From NCBI GenBank assembly GCA_013416795.1, contig RQSC01000024.1, forward strand, positions 1 to 18,128: a stretch of 18,128 nt of DNA. The letters run 5' to 3'. The number at the start of each line of letters is the position of its first letter. The first letter of the stretch is position 1. The DNA comes from Prasinococcaceae sp. CCMP 1430. Taxonomy: Eukaryota; Plantae; Prasinodermophyta. The notes beneath the pieces were generated by a model. It searched no databases and was not told where the DNA came from. It saw only the letters and a program-made list of their open reading frames with translations. Below are positions 17,962-18,128 of this stretch, piece after piece. A program made the translations under genes and the position numbers.

Positions 17962-18111
17962 GCGCGCCCGCGGCGCTCGCCCGCATCGCAGAACCCTAAA
18001 CCCTAAACCCAAAAGATCCGATGCACAGGGATTCATGTATTTTGACATTCATGTACGTTTGGGTTAGGTTCGGCGCCGGCGGCCCCGCGTCGCGGCGCCA
18101 CGCGGGCGCGC
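17962..18111. mobile_element. possible MITE-like/foldback element with telomere-like inner arms
   Basis: Perfect 11-bp inverted repeat (17962-17972 / 18101-18111) plus an imperfect inner inverted repeat (17999-18013 / 18058-18070) sharing about the same centre (~18035). No target-site duplication identified. Confidence 0.3.
17992..18010 (+). repeat. short interstitial plant-type telomere-like repeat (AACCCTA x2.7; telo-box-like)
   Basis: AACCCTAAACCCTAAACCC read directly. Confidence 0.8.
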
Positions 18112-18128
18112 TGCGGCGCTGCGGCGCG

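Noticed and set aside
17992-18128. True chromosome end
   Set aside because: Fewer than three repeat units, followed by non-telomeric sequence.

Overview
Very GC-rich eukaryotic draft-assembly sequence. It has spliceosomal GT-AG introns with GCTGAC/CTCAC/CTAAT-type branch points, long (CA)n/(TG)n microsatellites and five N gaps. Plant-like protein motifs and a CCCTAAA (TTTAGGG) repeat suggest a green alga; this is inference. Contents in order: (1) 5'-partial + strand gene encoding coiled-coil + six Kelch GG motifs + C-terminal FN3 (join <1..345, 581..2203). (2) Convergent - strand BET/GTE bromodomain + ET gene (2408..3133, 3453..>5837) with two apparent frameshifts in (CG)n tracts. (3) An AT-richer divergent intergenic region containing a 144-bp tandem duplication. 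(4) CEBPZ/Mak21/Noc1 ribosome-biogenesis gene, whose two 5' exons appear to be in swapped order between microsatellite-bounded blocks. (5) A single VTI1 SNARE exon cut off at a lone N. (6) One continuous reading frame joining the C-terminal half of a protein-L-isoaspartate methyltransferase, a bacterial-type class I SAM methyltransferase and a DTW domain with a non-canonical DGSS motif; this is the best candidate for a novel system in the window. (7) A decayed coding-like remnant and a ~150-bp foldback element whose inner arms are telomere-like. All family assignments come from motif recognition by eye; no searches were run.
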